From NCBI RefSeq assembly GCF_001194135.2, contig NC_068985.1:32909353-32945242 (forward strand): 35,890 nt of DNA, given 5' to 3'. Origin of the DNA: Octopus bimaculoides. Taxonomy: Eukaryota. The notes beneath the pieces are model-generated. The model was not told the DNA's origin and searched no databases. It worked only from the letters and a program-made list of their open reading frames with translations. This document shows positions 1 through 11,215 of this stretch, piece by piece; positions within the stretch are counted from its first letter, which is position 1, and the number at the start of each line of letters is the position of its first letter. Made by a program: the position numbers and the translations under genes.

Positions 1-72
<72 letters not shown>
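1..72. repeat. Compound (AC)n/(AT)n microsatellite
   Basis: Direct reading: an AC run followed by an AT run. Confidence 0.95.
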
Positions 73-77
<5 letters not shown>

Positions 78-94
78 TATATGCATATAGAGAT

Positions 95-1440
95 CCCATC
101 CACTATCACTACCATTTGATAGTGAACTGTTTGTTAAAGTTGGTCTCAAAACTTTTTGAGTCAAATTTCACCTAACATGGACAAAAAGTGAAACCATTAT
201 TTTGAATATAATTGCATGAAAGGCTAACTTTTTAGCTTGCTAAATATCAAACAGATGCAAACTTTATTATAATATCTTTAGATGCTGCACAGAGAAGAGA
301 TGTTGAAGTTTATATGATACAACATCCTTAGTCAGGGAGTACAAATAAAATTTTAGGTTCTACTCTTTTATTCTTTTATTCTTTTACTGATTCCAGTCAT
401 TCCACAGCTACCATGCTGGAGAATCAATCAGCTTTGAGATTTTAATCAATAGTATTGCAGTACTTATTTTTTAAAGTCTGGTAGTTATTTTATCAAATTA
501 TTTTTGTTTTGTTGCTTAGTTATGAGACATAATCAAAGAAATGTACCCAGAGTCAGATGAAACCACAGACACACATATATTTATGAATACAAACATATAT
601 TTATAAACATACACATGCAAACACACAGACATATATGATGGATTCTGTACAGGTTCCATTTACCAAATTTCACTCACAAGGCATTGGTTAAATTGAAGCT
701 ATAGTAGAAGACATTTGTCCAAAGTGCCCCAATTGAGATGACTGAGATCGTGATTGCAGCCTTTATTTCAATTATTGGCATATATTGGTTGATGCAAAAA
801 GTTGGATTTTGTGAAAACAGCTGTAATAGGAAAAGACAAGAGCAACATCTTTACTTCATTAAAAAGCAACCTTGCTGACATTAACTGTGGTGCATACTTT
901 GTGAACAAATGTCTCTAAACAGCTGTCAATGTACTAAATGGTGATCTGAAACTGAAAATTTCAAAGTCTCTTTTCTTACACACAGTTCATATAAGGCAGC
1001 TAAAGGAATTTTATGACTTTGCCAGAGTGGAATACAAAAATCTATTATGAGATGGTAATATGAGATATTTGTCAATGCTTCTAGCAGTTAAAACACATTC
1101 CTTTCATTTTTGTTGGCATGAAATCCTACTTTTGTCTCCAAAAACATTGCCCAAGTTTGATAAGACAATTATTCAAAAATTACTTTTGAGAAATGTATTT
1201 ATGGTTTGTACATCTTAGCCTTATATTTTCTACAAATCAATTCTACTAATGGAGAAGTACAATACCAGTGCAGCAGATATCAAACTAAAAATGCAAACCT
1301 GATTATAAATATAGAAGAATGAAATACCTGTGAATTTGCACTGTGTTGTTCAAAGGCCCAGTTGAAAAAATTGAAAAATATAATGGAAGCATTGAAAAAG
1401 TGAAAACAAAAATTGAAAGTTCATATGAAATATGTCTCCT
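95..1440 (+). pseudogene. Decayed hAT-superfamily transposase, interrupted by a SINE
   Basis: Hand translation across stops and frameshifts gives, in order: KFHLTWTKSETIILNIIA; DANFIIISLDAAQRRDVEV (254-310, containing the first catalytic-D strand); INCGAYFVNKCL*TAVNVL (880-936, decayed CxxH); LKEFYDFARVEYKNLL*DGNMRYLSML (RW-equivalent motif); GMKSYFCLQKHCPSLIRQLFKN..EMYLWFVH (from 1115). The order matches hAT transposases as recalled. Confidence 0.8.
361..750 (-). mobile_element. Degraded SINE with internal microsatellite, inserted in the hAT remnant
   Basis: 361-545 is a degenerate reverse complement of the SINE tail at 4456-4621. 570-635 is a CA/TA microsatellite. 636-750 is a reverse complement of this family's 5' body; its outer part (about 700-750) overlaps the head copy at 14033-14143. 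Confidence 0.7.
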
Positions 1441-1659
1441 GTCATTTCATTCCAGTTTCCACAATTAGTCCCACTTTCAAATCTGATAATTATGGTAAGC
1501 TGATGTGTGTGTGTGTGTGTGTGTTTGTGTGTGCGTGTAAGTATTTACTCTTTTTACTTGTCTCAGTTATTGGACTGAATAATTGAAAATATATTAGAAG
1601 TCAAAAATGTTGTTTAATTCAGCCATATTTACTAACTTCTCAGCATTAGGACAAACAGG

Positions 1660-2140
1660 GACATCACCACGAAGCAATAATTCCTCTTTACATTTTGAGG
1701 GAAAACCTTAAGAACATCAGTCCAGAAGTGCTGTTTTTATGCTGTACTGCAGCCAATTTGATTTTACATCAAATAAATTGTTGTTGAATTATTATGGGAT
1801 TATTTTTCAACATTTGACACAAAATTGAACATCAACACAAAATATTCATTCAGTAACAATACAAAAACATAATTCAATAATAGCAACATCCCTGATTAAA
1901 AACACACCATTGAAAGCACTAGTTTGATAAAGTGAAACTGATACATTATTGACAAAGATTGCTTTCAATCCATAGCTCTCCAATACTTTCTGTGTCCTCC
2001 TCTTGCTGTCTCTCCTCCATCTGTTGCTCTCATACACATCTTGTTTTTTTTTCTCAGTCATTCTGTAACCTCTTTGCCAACCATTTCAGGAGAATTTCCA
2101 GTTTTCTATGTTTCTGTTTCACTTTCTTCTCTTTCCCATA
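1660..2140 (-). pseudogene. Possible highly decayed LINE APE endonuclease fragment
   Basis: Weak motifs in plausible order: KLEILLKWL; NGVFLIRD; EELLLRGDV (GDFN-like). Many stops. Confidence 0.25.
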
Positions 2141-3154
2141 TTGTTTTATGGAACAGTACTCTCTCTCTCTCTCTCTTGCTTGCTTGTTAACAAAAAAAAA
2201 AAAAAAAAAAAAAAAAGGTTCATTATACTTGAAAGCTGTAAAATCAGAGTTCATAATATTTAGGGTTTACTGCATGATAAACCAAATCATTCTTGAAAGA
2301 TTGCAAAATCTTTCATACATTAACAACTGAATTAGCTTATTAAAAGATACACTTAATTCAATATGAATGTCTTAATGATAGATGAATTACTGAACTCTTA
2401 AATTGTTGCTGTGATATAAGAAAATATCTGTATCTTCTGAAGTGCGAGAGAGAGGGGAGATAGAGAGAAAGAGGGAGACACAGAGGGAGTGAAAGGGGGA
2501 AGAGAGTATAGAAGGGAAAAAAGAGGATGATGAAAGGGAACTTTGTTTTATTTTGTGTTTTGTTATGGCAGGTGTAGAAAGAATAGAATTATGACAAACA
2601 AAACAACAGGCATCCTTACATTCATTCTTGGCATTTATATTACAAGTCACGACGTAAGAAATTTGAACTTTCTACTGTGTAATGAAAAGAGAAATACTGT
2701 TGTATTACATAAAGTTATTGAAGTAAAGACTTTTCTTCTGATGTTTTTGCTTCATTGACAGAAAAGGTCATTGCTGTTTTAAAGCAGCCACCTTCCAAAA
2801 TTCCCCCATGAGGAAAGGGTGGTGGAAAAAATTTGTACAAGTCATTTTTAATATGGACACACACACACACACATGCTCACTCACCAAAAGGTACTCATAT
2901 AATATACTGAATATCATAGAAATGATTTATGAAAATGATTATAAACTTGTGAAAAACTTTAAAAAACATGTAAAGATTGAATATTAATTTGAAATTTTAT
3001 GTAGTGATTACATAAAATTATGATCAATATTTTGAGGTCAGGTGGCATATTTTGTAACATATACACTTCCTCAGTCAGGCTGAATGTGAGACAGCTACCA
3101 TATATATGTATGTATGTATGTATGTATGTGTGTGTGTGTATGTATGTATGTATA

Positions 3155-3375
3155 TATGATGGGGTGCTGAAAAGTTCTTAGCTTCAAGGGTATCATGTAA
3201 GTTCTGGTTGGGAGCCCAATCTTCCAAGTTCTTTTATAGAACTTAGAAAAATTGAAGGTCTGCTGCAATAAGTGTGTGAATCTGAGAGGAGGAAATGCTG
3301 AATAAAACCATATTTAACTGATCCTCCTGTATTTTCTTTTATCCAAAGCCAGGAACTTTTCAGCACCCCCACATA
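3155..3375 (+). mobile_element. Mariner-derived MITE (copy 1)
   Basis: TIRs GGGGTGCTGAAAAGTTC / GAACTTTTCAGCACCCC with TA at both outer ends. The interior encodes LEKLKVCCNKCVNLRGGNAE*, similar to the mariner transposase C-terminus. Confidence 0.85.
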
Positions 3376-3429
3376 TAATCATGTAAAGTCATATTTAACA
3401 TGTCAAAATGTATTCAGACATGACAAAAC

Positions 3430-4436
3430 TTGTTGCTATGGAAAAAGTCTCAGGAGAAAATTTTCTCTATCAAGATATGTGAAAATACATTTGGCTGGAG
3501 GCAGATTGTGTGATGCATGTTTGTGAACTGCCATGCTGCACAGCAGTGAAACATGGGCCATGGCTGCTGAAGACATGTAGGCTTGAAAGAAATGAAGTTT
3601 GTACGATCCGCTGGATGTGTAATGTCAGTGTGCACACACTACAGAGTGTAAACGCCCTGAGAGAAATGTTGGACATAAGAAGCATCAGATGTGGTATGCA
3701 AGAGAAATGACTACGCTGGTATGGTCATGTGCTGTGTATGGATGAGGAGAGCTGTGTGAAGAAGTGTCACTCCCTGACAGTGGAAGGAACCCCTAGTAGA
3801 GGGAGACCCAGGAAGACATGAGATGAAGTGGTGAAGCACGACCTTCGAACGTTGGGCCTCACAGAGGCAATGATGAAAGACCGAGACCTCTGGAGATATG
3901 CTGTGATTGAGAAGACCCAGCAAGTACAGTGAGATCACAGCAGTAGCCTAAACCAGTGTCACATAACCAGCTCATTTAAAAAGTACTTTTGAATTGTTGG
4001 GCGACATTCTATGCTTGAGGAGACCTATTGAGTCAAGTAAAATCAAAATCAAAATGAAACCAAATTACAATCAAATGGAAATTGTAGTTGTGGCCAATGC
4101 AAGTGCCTCTTGACTGGCTCCCGTGCTGGTGGAACACAATAAGCACCAAGCATGGGCAGTTGCCAGTGTTGCCTGACTGGCATCTAAAAAGCACCATCTG
4201 AACGTGGCCGATGCCAGTGCTGCCTGACTGACTCCCATGCTGATGGCACGTAAAAAGCACCCTCGACACTCTTGGAGTGGTTGGCATTAGGAAGGGCATC
4301 CAGCTGTAGAAACACTACCAGATCAGATTGGAGCCTGGTGCGACCTCCTGGCTTGCCAGTCCCTAGTCAAACCTCCCAACCCATACCGGCATGGAAAACG
4401 GACGTTAAATGGTGATGATGATGATGATGGTGGTGA
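3430..4436 (+). mobile_element. 5'-truncated RTE-clade LINE (ORF C-terminus plus 3' UTR)
   Basis: Translation: LHSSETWAM..RLERNEVCTIRWMCNVS..LREMLDIRSI..*LRWYGHVLCMDEE..RGRPRKT*DEVVKHDL..DRDLWR, typical of RTE C-termini. The 3' UTR carries three internal repeats ending AAGCACC and finishes GGACGTTAAAT followed by a (GAT)n tail. Confidence 0.9.
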
Positions 4437-4621
4437 TATATATATGTATATATATCCAACATCGCTTGCCAACCGATGCTGGTGTGTTTACGTCCCCGTA
4501 ACTTAGCGGTTCGGTAAAGCGACCGATAGAATAAGTACTAGGCTTACAAAGAATAAGTCCTGGGGTCGATTTCCTCGACTAAAGGCGGTGCTCCAGCATG
4601 GCCGCAATCAAATGACTGAAA
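4437..4621 (+). mobile_element. 3' half of the microsatellite-containing SINE, running into a gap
   Basis: A TA/TG microsatellite followed by CCAACATCGCTTG...CTCCAGCATGGCCGCAATCAAATGACTGAAA. Related degenerate copies lie at 361-545 (-) and about 6340-6440 (+). Confidence 0.8.
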
Positions 4622-5556
4622 NNNNNNNNNNNNNNNNNNNNNNNNNNNNNNNNNNNNNNNNNNNNNNNNNNNNNNNNNNNNNNNNNNNNNNNNNNNNNNN
4701 NNNNNNNNNNNNNNNNNNNNNNNNNNNNNNNNNNNNNNNNNNNNNNNNNNNNNNNNNNNNNNNNNNNNNNNNNNNNNNNNNNNNNNNNNNNNNNNNNNNN
4801 NNNNNNNNNNNNNNNNNNNNNNNNNNNNNNNNNNNNNNNNNNNNNNNNNNNNNNNNNNNNNNNNNNNNNNNNNNNNNNNNNNNNNNNNNNNNNNNNNNNN
4901 NNNNNNNNNNNNNNNNNNNNNNNNNNNNNNNNNNNNNNNNNNNNNNNNNNNNNNNNNNNNNNNNNNNNNNNNNNNNNNNNNNNNNNNNNNNNNNNNNNNN
5001 NNNNNNNNNNNNNNNNNNNNNNNNNNNNNNNNNNNNNNNNNNNNNNNNNNNNNNNNNNNNNNNNNNNNNNNNNNNNNNNNNNNNNNNNNNNNNNNNNNNN
5101 NNNNNNNNNNNNNNNNNNNNNNNNNNNNNNNNNNNNNNNNNNNNNNNNNNNNNNNNNNNNNNNNNNNNNNNNNNNNNNNNNNNNNNNNNNNNNNNNNNNN
5201 NNNNNNNNNNNNNNNNNNNNNNNNNNNNNNNNNNNNNNNNNNNNNNNNNNNNNNNNNNNNNNNNNNNNNNNNNNNNNNNNNNNNNNNNNNNNNNNNNNNN
5301 NNNNNNNNNNNNNNNNNNNNNNNNNNNNNNNNNNNNNNNNNNNNNNNNNNNNNNNNNNNNNNNNNNNNNNNNNNNNNNNNNNNNNNNNNNNNNNNNNNNN
5401 NNNNNNNNNNNNNNNNNNNNNNNNNNNNNNNNNNNNNNNNNNNNNNNNNNNNNNNNNNNNNNNNNNNNNNNNNNNNNNNNNNNNNNNNNNNNNNNNNNNN
5501 NNNNNNNNNNNNNNNNNNNNNNNNNNNNNNNNNNNNNNNNNNNNNNNNNNNNNNNC
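4622..5556. other. Assembly gap (N run)
   Basis: 935 N bases. Confidence 1.
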
Positions 5557-5649
5557 ACAGCGTAATTTATTATATAAACAATATATGCGTATAAATTACG
5601 ATTAAACCGGATGAAATATGTCACAGGGAATAACACACTTAACACCGGC

Positions 5650-5885
5650 AGAAATTTATTGTTTACGAAAGAGCACTGACTGTATTCAGCTGAATAGACG
5701 TCAGTGATTGGTTGAAATTACAGAAATACGACAAATTTAACATGAAATAACTTGCGATGTACAATTTTTTGTTAAGAAGGCTAAGAGAAAAAGTTGTTTT
5801 GTATGACACATTCTACCAGTGTCCCAAGTTTGAAAGTGTTTCGTTAAGAAAACAAGTGTTGGTCGTCAAATCACAAAGATCCCAA
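5650..5885 (+). repeat. Unclassified dispersed repeat (copy 1)
   Basis: Aligns by eye with 12470-12715 (GCTGAATAxACGTCA..AAATACGACAA..AAATAACTT..TGACACATTCTxCCAGT..AAAGATCC). Confidence 0.7.
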
Positions 5886-6050
5886 TACTTAAAGCAGATA
5901 TGCCTTGTGCAATTTTAAATGATTCAATTCGTTTGGACATCATGCTACTAAGTAGTGTCCACACAGATAAAACTAAAAAATGAGGGGTATTTATTTACTT
6001 TTGAGATGTATGTGTACATGCACCTGAAAAAAGAAAAAAAAGCTTGCACA

Positions 6051-6270
6051 TATGAGGGGATGCTGAAAAGTTCCTGGCTTCGGGTGAAAGAAAATATAAG
6101 AGGATCAGTTAATTATGATTTTATTGAACATATTCCCCTCTCGTATTCACACTCTTATTGCAGCGTCCTTCAGTTTTTCTAAACCTTGTAAAAGAAGTCG
6201 GAAGGTTGGGCCTCCAACCAGCCCCTTCGCGAGACCCTTAAAGCCAAGAACTTTTCAGCACCCACTCGTA
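6051..6270 (-). mobile_element. Mariner-derived MITE (copy 2, inverted relative to copy 1)
   Basis: TIRs TATGAGGGGATGCTGAAAAGTTC / GAACTTTTCAGCACCCACTCGTA. The interior is the reverse complement of 3155-3375 and ends RCNKSVNTRGEYVQ* on the minus strand. Confidence 0.85.
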
Positions 6271-7039
6271 TATATGTGCGTGAAACGGGTTATGTTTACG
6301 GCCTAAAAATACCCCGTGTTATGTCAAAATAAGTGGCAAGATTGACGTAAGTATTGGGTGGGTATAATCGATTAAAGTAATTGAAGGCTGAACTCCAGCA
6401 TGTCCAAGCCAATGGTTGAAACTATTAAAAGAATAAAACGGGGTTTAAAGAACCAAACTCAGGGCCGCAAAATGAAATCGTGAGTTGTCATCATTTCATT
6501 AAAATATAAAATTGCTTATTGAATATTTTAACTGTAGATTGATCTTCACTAATTTAAAGATATCACGAACAGACGTCACCTGAAAGATGGCAGTATAAAA
6601 GCATAATTTACCGAAAACTTATAATGAAAGTATGAAGATGTTTGTCGATATCGGCCAGTAAACTGTATTGATTCGGCAACAATATTTGTCGTTTTAGTCA
6701 CGCACTCAATTACAAATTTCATAAGCTTGGGATTTTAGTAAGACGTTTGAAGATTGGGGTACGAAAGAGCACTAAAATAAACTATGTTTACGCTTTCATC
6801 TGAGAGTACATTCTTTTATTCCGTGTTATTTGTCACAACTGTAAACAAATACTTGCGGTTGCCTATTAAAAATAACTATTATATCAGTTCATACACATGC
6901 AAGCACACACGCACACACATACACACTGGCACACACACACACTTACGCACACACACATACGCGCGCGCATACACACAGGCATTTATAATGGACCTCGGTC
7001 ACTTTCAAATCATGAGTATTAAACTGTTCGACTAACTAA

Positions 7040-7295
7040 ACTGCTGGCTCCTTGGATCAGTGTGTAAGTGACTGCATATTCCACAGAGATGTTTACCCTT
7101 AATGTACTTTTCAACAGGAATTCGAGTGATGCAATGTGACAAAGCTGGGCGTTTGAGTTACGGGTACGATCCATGCAACGGACTTAAATTCGGTTTCAGT
7201 CTACCAGTTTCACTTACAAAGTATTGGCCGAGCTGAGGCTATAGAAAATGACACTTGCTCAAGATGTCACGCAGCAAAATCGAAAGTGAGGCCTC
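7040..7295 (-). mobile_element. Degraded composite SINE remnant
   Basis: The left part resembles the body of the SINE at 15115-15432. The right part resembles the reverse complement of the microsatellite-SINE 5' body (as at 636-750 and 14033-14143). Confidence 0.55.
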
Positions 7296-8192
7296 AATAT
7301 TGCAAAATCAAACTTCCAAACCATTCGTCCATGGAATCTATTCCATCTCAATCACAGATCTTTTGATTAATTTTTTAAAATTAAAGTTTGAAACTTCGTG
7401 TACTGGTAGAATTGAAGGCAACAGCAGTGGCAGCGGCAGAAACATGTATGTATGTATGTATGTATGTATGTATGTGTGTATGTGTATATATATATAACTT
7501 TTATAAGGAATATTCTAAAAGAATATGTTACTGAACTTATATTAAGTGCTCTATTATTTTGAGCAAATAAATATATATATATGTGTTTTTATATCATTAA
7601 TAAATTCAGGAAATCAATATTTAAATTTCGAAAGATATATATCTAATATGACATGGTAATATTTTGAATTATAATAAAGTTAAAATTTAAGATATACGAA
7701 ATATAAATATAAATATATATAAAAATATAAATGTACATAAAGATACATGTGAATATAAATGCATATAAAAATTTATGCGTAATTGAGCATGAATATTATA
7801 AAGTCTAAAATTTAAAAAAATTAAATATCTGACGATCGTTTCGCGGACATTATTGCAACCAAAAGATCAGCATACTAGCAATAATTCCGTTCTTCGGAGA
7901 TGAATGGATTTATAATATATGTGTTAAGAACGAATGGTGTATGTAATAAGGTGATATTAATTAAAATATTAAAAAATATTAAAAATATTAAAATGTATAC
8001 TGTCCTTTAAAGAAATTGTAAAATTAATCCACAAAGGAAAAAAAAATGAACTTTCCAAATTATAACGTGGCCATGTTAGGTCGGGTTATCAATTAAAACT
8101 GACTGTGGATTCGTCGTGCTAGTCAACAAATCTAACTGTTTACTGTAGTAAATATAAATATCACTAATTATAAACCTCAGGTTACGCTGCGT

Positions 8193-8255
<63 letters not shown>

Positions 8256-8383
8256 TGGATTCACAACCTGAGAACATCACCATCTAAAATGGTTTTGAAG
8301 TCATCTAATGATGACTCTGTTCAGAAGGCTGTGTAATATCATTTGATAAAGGAACATGGTACAATGAAGTCATATAACAAGGC

Positions 8384-9520
8384 TGTAACTTTAAATACCT
8401 TTACTCGAGGTCTCAAACATATACAATTGAGCAATAAAGGAAAGAGTTTGATGAATGGAGGCAATGTTCATCTTCTGTGTACTACCTCATGTCTGTTAGC
8501 TGGCGCGTGTGGTAAGAGAACCAACTAGATCATGTCTTGATGAGAAAAGAGGAAGCGGTGAGTGTCTGACCCTTAATGTTGCGTGTGCCCTCTAGTGGCC
8601 TGCTAATTAGGCAGCCGCCGTCAGGGGAGATAACTGCGCCTACAGGCCCTCTCTTTAGACTGGAACCGGTCGAACAAATAAGGTAGGCGAAGTACGTGTG
8701 TGATAGGAGGGCACAGAAGAATGAAACATGGAAAAACAGTTGTGTGAACAATGCAAGAGTACAAATCTGGAGGAAACATGTAGAAAAATGTCTGTTCTTG
8801 TTGAGAACAAAATGTGTGATACACGGAATTCGAACTATGGCAGAACAATTGAAAAATACAATGCAAGTATGTATAAGGAAAAAACGTTCAGCAAAGAAAG
8901 GTGTCCAATCTAATAGAACAAAGTATATATGTACAACGATACAGAAGGAGAGAAAATATGAATGCGGTGTTTATAACAAGCATGAGTCTATCCTCCAGAA
9001 CAGTCACTGGCGAGGCAAAGTTAAGAAATGTAAACAGGCTGAGACAATTTCTTCGACCAATGAACCAATCTGCCAGAACGTGTCCTGTAAGGTGAAGAAC
9101 GTGTTTGTGTAGTTGGTGTTTTTGGTGAGTGGGCGTCGTGCTTGAGGGGGTGGTGCTTGTGGGTGTGTTTGTAGAATGATGAGTGTGTCAGCAAGTGGCA
9201 TAAATGTTTCGGAAAAGGCTTTTTTTTTTACTCTGTCGATAGAGACAATCTCTTCTTTTTTTTTCTGTGAATGTCCGCAGTGAACAGTTTCGGTGTGCTT
9301 CTAAGAACGCGATAGGGTCCGGTGTAGGGAGGTGTTAGCGGTCCCTTGACGGCATCATTTCTTACAAACACGTGGGTCCAAGTAGAAATATCCAGAGGTA
9401 CTGTAGAAGAAACAGACTGGTCGCGAGGAAGCATCGGTGGTAAGTCAGCAAAGGATGACCTGAATCACGTGACGTAAGATGTGGGATTCGCATTCGGTAA
9501 GTCGACGGGCGCTAACATTT
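8384..9520 (-). mobile_element. Ty3/Gypsy LTR retrotransposon 3' end (integrase C-terminus, PPT, probable 3' LTR)
   Basis: Minus-strand translation NPTSYVT*FRSSFADLPPMLPRDQS..THVFVRNDAVKGPLTPPYTGPYRVLR contains the GPY/F integrase module. A purine tract AAAGAGAGGG (8647-8656) lies 2 nt before TGTAGG at 8644. The probable LTR end is GTTACA at 8384; this left boundary is less certain. Confidence 0.8.
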
Positions 9521-9539
9521 TGTATGTTTTACTGGTAGT

Positions 9540-9725
9540 GTTGGCACAGTATTCTCTCTCAGTTGTATTTAACCATGACGCACTCAGGTTGAAATACCTC
9601 TTTTCGTTCCAAATTCTTGACCAGAATGATTATAGATCTTGGGAGGGAGCTTTCTTAATGGTAATGTTTTTCTTCCTCATCTCTCTGTATAATGCTTGTG
9701 AGTTGGAAGCAAACCTGTGATTGAT
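9540..9725 (-). pseudogene. R4/Dong-like non-LTR retrotransposon fragment (pre-RT region)
   Basis: Translation HRFASNSQALYREMRKKNITIKKAPSQDL*SFWSRIWNEKRYFNLSASWL resembles the recalled R4/Dong pattern N..FY.E...PP..EEFW..IW...N..A.WL. Confidence 0.55.
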
Positions 9726-10062
9726 ACTTACTTACTTACTGTATGTATGTATGTATGTATGCCATGATCGTTCTAAAGTGTAGGTACAGGAGGTGGTCAA
9801 ACTCTGCATAAGGAGTAGACAACCGCCATATATGTATGTATGTATGGATGGATGGATATGTGTGTGTATGTATGTGTGTATGCATGTAGGTATGCATGCA
9901 TGCATGTATGTATGATTTGCTTATGTTTTTTTTTTGTTCAAAATATAATTTTTTACCCGATAAAATTTTAATTTTTATATATAACATATAAACATGTACA
10001 TCTTTTAGAGCATTGTCATTTTATAAGATTTTGCTGGCAAATTTTTAAATTAACATAAACAT

Positions 10063-11215
10063 TTACATTGTGGTTAGTGGCCCAGTCCCTCCGAACGTCT
10101 CAAACGCCACAGGTTGGAAGGGATAGTTCACTGTCAGGTCCCAATACTTCAGGGTTTTCTCCCGTTCGGCTACGGAAGCAGTGACCCTCCCGTTAACTGC
10201 AGCATCCAGAATGTTAGAGGGAGCAAAGGAGTCGCCGATTGAGGCGTCCCAAATGAGGCACCTACCTCTAACCCAGGAACAGAGGGTAAGACCATCTGGT
10301 CTCTTTCCATCACGTCTAGATAACCCCGATGGCTCCAGAACTGAGGGGATATTAATCCGAGCCAGGGCCTGCTTAATGATTAGGTTTAGCTCGGTGTGAC
10401 GAGCGAAGCGACCAGCATTTAGGCGGCAAGACAGACCGTGACGACCTGTGGAGTCAAGGGTCCTACCGCAGCGGCATCTCAGTCCCCTACAGACTTCAGT
10501 TCCCACTCTGAGTGCAATGGAGACGCGGAGTTCATCTAGAATAAGTAGACCTCCGATGTTGGCCACTGGAGGGCATCAATCCAGTCCCCTGAGAATTTTG
10601 CACTAGCTGAAAGTAGGTGATATTTTGAAAATTGATCAGATTGATCAAGAAGAGATGTGAAAGTGGCACCTGAACGCAGATTTTCCCATACTCTCTGTTT
10701 CCGTCTATTCTCCACTGTAACCGGAACTGACAAACCCAGCTCTCTCCACTGTGATAGAGCTTCATCTATTTTCCTGTTGGAATTAGTCCATGTTGGAGAG
10801 GAAAGGATGTTGCCTACCAAAAGGGAGCAAGCGTGGATGGAGGAAAGAAAACAGGGAAGAGATAAAGACGAGCACTTGCGCAGACCTAAATCCCCAAACC
10901 GTTTGGGCAAAGCAGCTTGGTCGCGAAAGTTTGGGAGAGTTTGACATTGACCAAGCATTTTAGTTTCCTGAAGATTAGGTCGTCAAAGTATTGGAGGGAC
11001 AACAGGAATCTGTAAGAGGGACTAACTCTCAGAAAATACAGTAGCTTAGGAATTGACATGTAATGTCTGAGTATAAAAAAAAACCTTGGTGGGGCTCATT
11101 TTTTTAAAAGTTGTTCGAGGTTAGCCATTTTGGACCAAAAGATGAACTCGAAAGCTAGGTCAGTAATTACAGCCCCAAGGGCTGATTTTTATTCAAATCG
11201 TATGGTACCTATTTG
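10063..11215 (-). mobile_element. CRE-clade non-LTR retrotransposon fragment (post-RT region, CCHC knuckle, restriction-like endonuclease), frameshifted
   Basis: Motifs in order: LRHYMSIPKLLYFLRVSP; QAALPKRFGDLGLR..LSLPCFLSS; LRVSIALRVG; CRCGRTLDSTGRHGLSC; EPSGLSRRDGKRPDGLTL..WDASIGDSFA..AEREKTLKY..FQPVAFETFG. Frameshifts near 11070, 10930 and 10560. The terminal QRGN motif is absent. Confidence 0.9.

Noticed and set aside
4085-4265. Repeat-spacer-like array (GCC...AAGCACC units)
   Set aside because: The units are internal repeats of the RTE 3' UTR. They are imperfect, lack unique spacers and are eukaryotic, so this is not CRISPR.
4588-5645. Long ORFs of 325 and 345 aa
   Set aside because: They consist almost entirely of X residues from the N gap.
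8696-9112. 138-aa plus-strand ORF (MCDRRAQK...)
   Set aside because: It is antisense to the Gypsy 3' UTR and has no recognisable domain.
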